DNA of 64,000 nucleotides from a virus (Duplodnaviria; Caudoviricetes): IMG/VR virus record IMGVR_UViG_2894787282_000001, positions 1 to 64,000 of that record; one strand, 5' to 3'. Shown piece by piece: positions 63,061 to 64,000 of this stretch (position 1 is its first letter; each line of letters starts with the position of its first letter). The notes under the pieces were generated by a model. It saw only the letters and a program-made list of their open reading frames with translations, ran no database searches and was not told where the DNA came from. The position numbers and the translations under genes were made by a program.

Positions 63061-63919
63061 ACCATTACTTGCTGCAGCTATTGAAGACGTCACCAAGCTA
63101 GATTTTTCACGAGGCTGGATGGTTTCCGCCAAGCTCGACGGCGTACGCGCCATCGTTAAGGATGGCATCGTACTCTCACGAAGTCTGAAGAAGATTCCAA
63201 ATCTGCACGTTCAGACTCTGTTCGGCCAGTGCGAGCACTTCGACGGCGAACTCATCGTCGGTGAACCGACCAGCAAGACCTGTTACACCGACACGGTGTC
63301 CGGGGTCATGCGTGTCAGCGGGCAACCCGACGTGCGGTTCTACGTGTTCGACAGCGTTCAGTTTCCGCAACGCACCTACTTCGAGCGCCGCCCTCGGCTT
63401 TCAGACGAACAAAAGCACCTCGTCGAAGTTAAGCAGACCGTCATCAACGACCTCGACGAGCTACTGGCAATGGAACAGCGCCACCTGACGCTGGGCTACG
63501 AAGGCTTGATCCTACGTGACCCAAACGGCAAATACAAGTTTGGACGCAGCACGGCCAATGAAGGTATTTTGCTCAAGCTCAAGCGTATGGAAACCGACGA
63601 AGCCGTCGTGCTTGCGGTCGTCGAAGAGCAGCACAACGGCAACGAGGCGACAACCAGTGAGCTGGGCCGCACCAAGCGCAGTTCGCACCAAGCGAACAAG
63701 ACGGGCAAGGGTTCGATGGGCGCGCTGCATGTGCGTGATGTCAAGAGCGGCATCGACTTTCACATTGGAACAGGCTTTACCGCTGAAGACCGCGCAGCCC
63801 TTTGGGCCAAACCACCTATCGGGAAGATCGTCAGCTACAACCACTTCCCTATTGGGCGCGTTGACCGACCCCGACACCCCTCGTTCAAGGGGTTCCGCGA
63901 CGCGCGAGATATGTCATGA
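63053..63919 (+). CDS. lig: ATP-dependent DNA ligase
   Basis: Motif I 'KLDGVR', 'FDGEL', 'FYVFD', 'EGLILR', 'LLKLK', OB-fold 'GTGF', 'PRHP.F..R'. Confidence 0.92.
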   Translation: MFKPLLAAAIEDVTKLDFSRGWMVSAKLDGVRAIVKDGIVLSRSLKKIPNLHVQTLFGQCEHFDGELIVGEPTSKTCYTDTVSGVMRVSGQPDVRFYVFDSVQFPQRTYFERRPRLSDEQKHLVEVKQTVINDLDELLAMEQRHLTLGYEGLILRDPNGKYKFGRSTANEGILLKLKRMETDEAVVLAVVEEQHNGNEATTSELGRTKRSSHQANKTGKGSMGALHVRDVKSGIDFHIGTGFTAEDRAALWAKPPIGKIVSYNHFPIGRVDRPRHPSFKGFRDARDMS

Positions 63920-64000
63920 AGACGCACGGCCACGGCTCAGTTGCAAAGGGTATCTCTACGACTTACCGCAGCTGGCAAGAGATGCGTAAACGGTGCAACA
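63916..64000 (+). CDS. Partial HNH-type endonuclease (truncated by the window edge)
   Basis: ATGA overlap; MKTHGHG..TYRSWQEMRKRCN matches the start of the same endonuclease family. Confidence 0.7.
   Translation, partial: MKTHGHGSVAKGISTTYRSWQEMRKRCN

Overview
The window is almost entirely a large (>60 kb, right end not reached) podovirus-like prophage in a GC-rich host, probably a betaproteobacterium (inference). Its left boundary is a duplicated 3' half of tRNA-His (att core 3454-3499, flanked by IHF-consensus sites). To the left lies a separate integrative element with a tyrosine integrase and two paralogous integrase-N-terminal-like genes, each behind a copy of a ~150-bp terminator/promoter cassette. 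The minus-strand arm (3.6-39.8 kb) holds the packaging, head, tail/ejection and lysis genes: TerS, TerL with an intein, portal with an intein, scaffold, N4-gp56-type capsid, a 2587-aa polyvalent virion protein, GH19 endolysin, holin and Rz/Rz1. The plus-strand arm (40.1-64 kb) holds early and replication genes: a candidate origin, primase-helicase, PD-(D/E)XK nuclease, DHH phosphoesterase, SNF2-type helicase, a split family-B DNA polymerase and an ATP-dependent ligase. The phage carries about nine free-standing or nested nuclease genes. The main highlights are: (1) the TerL intein has no in-frame endonuclease but hides a complete endonuclease VII gene in another reading frame, with its own SD and a promoter-like motif; (2) PolB is broken at the fingers tip by an HNH-AP2 gene, and both halves carry helical extensions; (3) a 115-aa mini-intein sits in the portal next to a free-standing HNH; (4) a genome-wide 10-bp-periodic TCTNA tandem motif; (5) repeated double-hairpin leaders before the early genes. 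All family assignments come from motif recognition by eye, not from database searches.
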